A stretch of DNA of 49,810 nt from an uncultured Clostridia bacterium (GTDB taxonomy: Bacteria; Aerophobota; Aerophobia; Aerophobales; B3-G15), in assembly GCA_964482715.1 (NCBI GenBank), contig CAYZYX010000010.1, positions 1 to 49,810 of the forward strand, written 5' to 3'. Shown piece after piece: positions 47,023 through 49,810 of this stretch. Below the pieces are notes generated by a model. It was given only the letters and a program-made list of their open reading frames with translations. It was not told where the DNA came from and did no database searches. Each line of letters opens with the position of its first letter. Position 1 is the stretch's first letter. The position numbers and the translations under genes were made by a program.

Positions 47023-48171
47023 GTGATGAAAAGGTACCTATTCTGGATTATAGCTCTTGTACTTTTATTTCCCTTTTCCTGTAATGCTTATCAGGATTAT
47101 CAAATAGGTGAGGTAAAAGTAAATTCTGGACCTGATTTAACGACAGTTATTATTCCGGTAAAAAAGGGTACCGGATATGTGGTAAGAGAACTCACTGAAC
47201 CTCCTCGCATTGTGATAAATCTTTATCCTGCTAACCTTGATCCTCCCTATCGAGAGATTAGAGTATCTGATCAGTTTGTACAAAAGATAAGGCTTTCCAG
47301 GGACTCAAAGAACGTGGTAAAAGTAGTGATTGACCTCAATACCCCCGACTACAGTTTCGATATCTCTCTTCAGCGTGAATCTCCAGCAGTAGTCGCCGAG
47401 ATAAAATCGGCACATGAGGATGCTATCTTTCAGCTTTTAAAACAGGAGAAAAACTCACCTTTTCGTTCTGAAACCCGGGAAGACAAGAAGGGGATTTACT
47501 GTATAGTAATTGATCCCGGACACGGAGGAAAAGATCCTGGAGCAATTGGTCCTTCGGGATTAAAGGAAAAAGACATAACACTCCAGATAGCTAAAAAACT
47601 GAAGAGTCTTCTGGAGAAAAATTTGCCGGTTAAAGTAATTCTTACCCGTGAGGGTGATAAGTATGTTGCTTTGGATGAAAGGACAGAAATAGCCAATATG
47701 GTGGGAGGAGACCTTTTTATCAGTATCCATACTAATGCGGCCTGGGATCGGAGAGTACAAGGAGTGGAAACTTTTTACAATTCCCAGTATGTTTATGGAG
47801 AGGGAGCTGAAGAGGTGGCAAGTCGTGAGAACACAGTTTTTGCCTCCGAGACCCTTCCCTCTAAAATTAAAAATATAATATGGGATTTAATTCAAAATCA
47901 ATACCGTAGTGAAAGTAAGGCTCTTTCTCGGGTTGTGCAGCAGAGTTTGACAGAGACCTGTGGCATGGTGAGCAGGGGTGTAAAATCGGCTCAGTTTTAT
48001 GTCTTGCGAGGCATTGCCATGCCAGCTATTTTGGTTGAAGTGGGGTTTATATCCAATCCCTGGGAAGAGCGTAAATTAAAGGACCCTGAATTTCAAAAGC
48101 TTGTTGCTCTGGGTTTATACAGAGGACTTCGCAATTATATTGATTCCTTCAATCGGAAAGTGAGCCAATAA
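47023..48171 (+). CDS. N-acetylmuramoyl-L-alanine amidase (Amidase_3) with N-terminal AMIN domain
   Basis: Signal peptide; PPRIVINL AMIN-like segment; IDPGHGGKDPGA, FISIHTN, LVEVGFISN. Confidence 0.92.
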   Translation: MMKRYLFWIIALVLLFPFSCNAYQDYQIGEVKVNSGPDLTTVIIPVKKGTGYVVRELTEPPRIVINLYPANLDPPYREIRVSDQFVQKIRLSRDSKNVVKVVIDLNTPDYSFDISLQRESPAVVAEIKSAHEDAIFQLLKQEKNSPFRSETREDKKGIYCIVIDPGHGGKDPGAIGPSGLKEKDITLQIAKKLKSLLEKNLPVKVILTREGDKYVALDERTEIANMVGGDLFISIHTNAAWDRRVQGVETFYNSQYVYGEGAEEVASRENTVFASETLPSKIKNIIWDLIQNQYRSESKALSRVVQQSLTETCGMVSRGVKSAQFYVLRGIAMPAILVEVGFISNPWEERKLKDPEFQKLVALGLYRGLRNYIDSFNRKVSQ

Positions 48172-48174
48172 CAA

Positions 48175-48759
48175 ATGGGAAATTTAAAAAGAAAAATCTT
48201 CCTTCAACTTGCTTTAATTATTTTAGCTTTTATAATTGGAATATTAATAGCCCCGTTGGTCAGAGAAACCGCTTACCAGATTAAATCCTGGGTGGGTAAA
48301 GAAAAATTTCAGGCACCAGTCGAAAAAGTAGTGATTCTTTATTTTTCCACTCCGGAAGGAGAGGAGCTTATTCCGGTTAAAAGGAAAATATGGATGGAGA
48401 AGGAAAGTAGCATAAACAATGAGATAAAAAAAGTGATTGAGGAACTCATCAAGGGTCCTGAAAGTGACTCTTCTATACCTACTGTTCCGCCGGAGACGAA
48501 GGTTAAAGCTATATACACGAGAGGGGATACCATTTATGTGGATTTTTCTTCCTCTTTGGTTGAAAAACATCCCGGTGGGACATCGGGGGAGCTTGTAACT
48601 GTGTATTCAATTGTTAATACGTTACTGGAAAATTTTCCCCGGTATTCTAAGGTTCAACTATTAATAGAGGGAAGTTCTCACCATACTTTAGCAGGTCACA
48701 TCGATATAAGGAATCCTCTATCCAGAAATGAGGGATTAATAAAATCCTTGGAGCGGTAA
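48175..48759 (+). CDS. GerMN domain protein
   Basis: N-terminal TM; LYFS, ELIKGP, VYSIVNTL, VQLLIEG, LAGHID. Confidence 0.85.
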   Translation: MGNLKRKIFLQLALIILAFIIGILIAPLVRETAYQIKSWVGKEKFQAPVEKVVILYFSTPEGEELIPVKRKIWMEKESSINNEIKKVIEELIKGPESDSSIPTVPPETKVKAIYTRGDTIYVDFSSSLVEKHPGGTSGELVTVYSIVNTLLENFPRYSKVQLLIEGSSHHTLAGHIDIRNPLSRNEGLIKSLER

Positions 48760-48763
48760 AAAT

Positions 48764-49570
48764 TTGTCTAATTCATCAATTGGCATATTTGATTCTGGAG
48801 TGGGTGGTTTAACGGTATTTCGCGAAGTATCTTGCTTGATGCCCGGTGTGAAGATTATTTATCTGGGAGATACTGCCCGTGTACCCTACGGGAGTAAATC
48901 CCCGGAAACGGTCACCAAGTTTTCTATTCAGGGATTGAGATTTCTTGAGTCCAGGGATGTTGAGTTAATAGTTGTAGCCTGTAATACGGTTTCAGCTCTA
49001 AGTCTTGATGCTCTCCAGAGAAAAATGTCCCTTCCTCTGGTAGGAGTATTAAAACCGGGTGCAGAAAAAGCTCTAAGTTTAACCCGCAGGGGCATAATTG
49101 GTGTAATAGGAACTGAAGCTACAATTATGAGTAGAGCTTATCTTAAAGTGATAAAACAGATGGACAGTAAGGTAAAGGTATTGAGTAGAAGTTGTCCATT
49201 GCTTGTCCCTTTAATTGAAGAAGGTTGGCTTGATGGTGAAGTAACTCGAAAAGTGGTTTGGCATTATTTAAAACCTTTAATGAGAAAAAGGATAGACACT
49301 CTGATTCTGGGATGCACTCACTACCCCATGGTAAAGAGAGTAATTCAAGAGTTAACAGGAGATAAGATTAAGCTGGTGGACTCTGCCCGGGAAGTGGCTT
49401 TAAAAGTAAAAGAGAACGCTGGAAACCCTTCTGTTATTTCATGTTCTTCTTCTTTTAATCCCGAGGCTGAATTTTTTGTTACCGATCGGCCTCGAAAATT
49501 TTCTCAAATTGGAAAAATGTTTCTGGGATACAACATAAACGGAAAAGTGAGAAAAATAATTCTGGAATAG
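48764..49570 (+). CDS. murI: Glutamate racemase
   Basis: IFDSGVGGLTV, GDTARVPYG, VACNT, LGCTHYP; TTG start. Confidence 0.96.
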   Translation: MSNSSIGIFDSGVGGLTVFREVSCLMPGVKIIYLGDTARVPYGSKSPETVTKFSIQGLRFLESRDVELIVVACNTVSALSLDALQRKMSLPLVGVLKPGAEKALSLTRRGIIGVIGTEATIMSRAYLKVIKQMDSKVKVLSRSCPLLVPLIEEGWLDGEVTRKVVWHYLKPLMRKRIDTLILGCTHYPMVKRVIQELTGDKIKLVDSAREVALKVKENAGNPSVISCSSSFNPEAEFFVTDRPRKFSQIGKMFLGYNINGKVRKIILE

Positions 49571-49577
49571 GATTTAA

Positions 49578-49605
49578 TTGACAAAAGGATTATAAATTTT
49601 ATATT
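49578..49605 (+). promoter_or_regulatory. Promoter for the last, truncated gene
   Basis: TTGACA-16 nt-TATATT. Confidence 0.55.
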
Positions 49606-49647
49606 ACCAAGATACGCTACATACTGAAAAGGGGAGGGCAAGAAAAA

Positions 49648-49810
49648 ATGGTGAGAGAAATTGTTATTAAACCGGATTTTAACCCAGGATTTTTAAGCTG
49701 GGAGAAAAAAATACCCAAGTTTCAATACCAGAGATCTCTGAGGGAAGAGCTTGAGGAAGGAAACATCACCCAAAAAGAGTGTATAGACCTTTTAAGGTGT
49801 ATGCTTTTTA
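49648..49810 (+). CDS. Start of a CDS truncated by the window edge; possibly a TPP-dependent dehydrogenase E1 component
   Basis: SD GGAGG then MVREIVIKPDFNPGFLSWEKKIPKFQYQRSLREELEEGNITQKECIDLLRCMLL; product guessed from N-terminal resemblance only. Confidence 0.45.
   Translation, partial: MVREIVIKPDFNPGFLSWEKKIPKFQYQRSLREELEEGNITQKECIDLLRCMLF

Noticed and set aside
1164-48570. Many 60-146 aa antisense or alternative-frame ORFs in the track (e.g. 1164-1604, 5783-6178, 15823-16257, 26132-26524, 34046-34324)
   Set aside because: They shadow well-supported genes and show no recognisable motifs

Overview
AT-rich bacterial chromosomal window (GC roughly 38-40% by eye) with no CRISPR array, rRNA, tRNA or intact mobile element. 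Gene content suggests an anaerobic, sugar-using, deep-branching bacterium (inference; taxonomy not determinable here). Left to right: the end of an alpha-glucoside/trehalose ABC operon with treT; a DUF4234-like membrane protein and a decayed gene remnant; a hairpin-dense intergenic region with a promoter-driven rod-shaped RNA candidate; mobB; a P3-less Moco/Tuco riboswitch with a readable terminator/antiterminator controlling tupABC; an unassigned DeoR / class-III aminotransferase / Gfo-Idh-MocA / FGGY kinase / SIS / HAD / FucI-like sugar cluster; an operon with a stand-alone UvrD-RecB-type helicase-nuclease bearing four Fe-S-type cysteines, pyrF and a beta-CASP RNase; a minus-strand block (two Zn dehydrogenases, ribD, asd, lysC, pncB, dppABCDF, cobS, cobU, mnmE, yidC, yidD); and a plus-strand block (DegT aminotransferase, ugd, epimerase, rsmG, rsmI, thpR, recA, amidase, GerMN, murI). 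The best novelty candidates are the putative amino-sugar/aminopolyol catabolic pathway, the structured RNAs at 5184-5626, the single-chain helicase-nuclease and the Tuco riboswitch. All calls come from motif recognition; no database searches were run.
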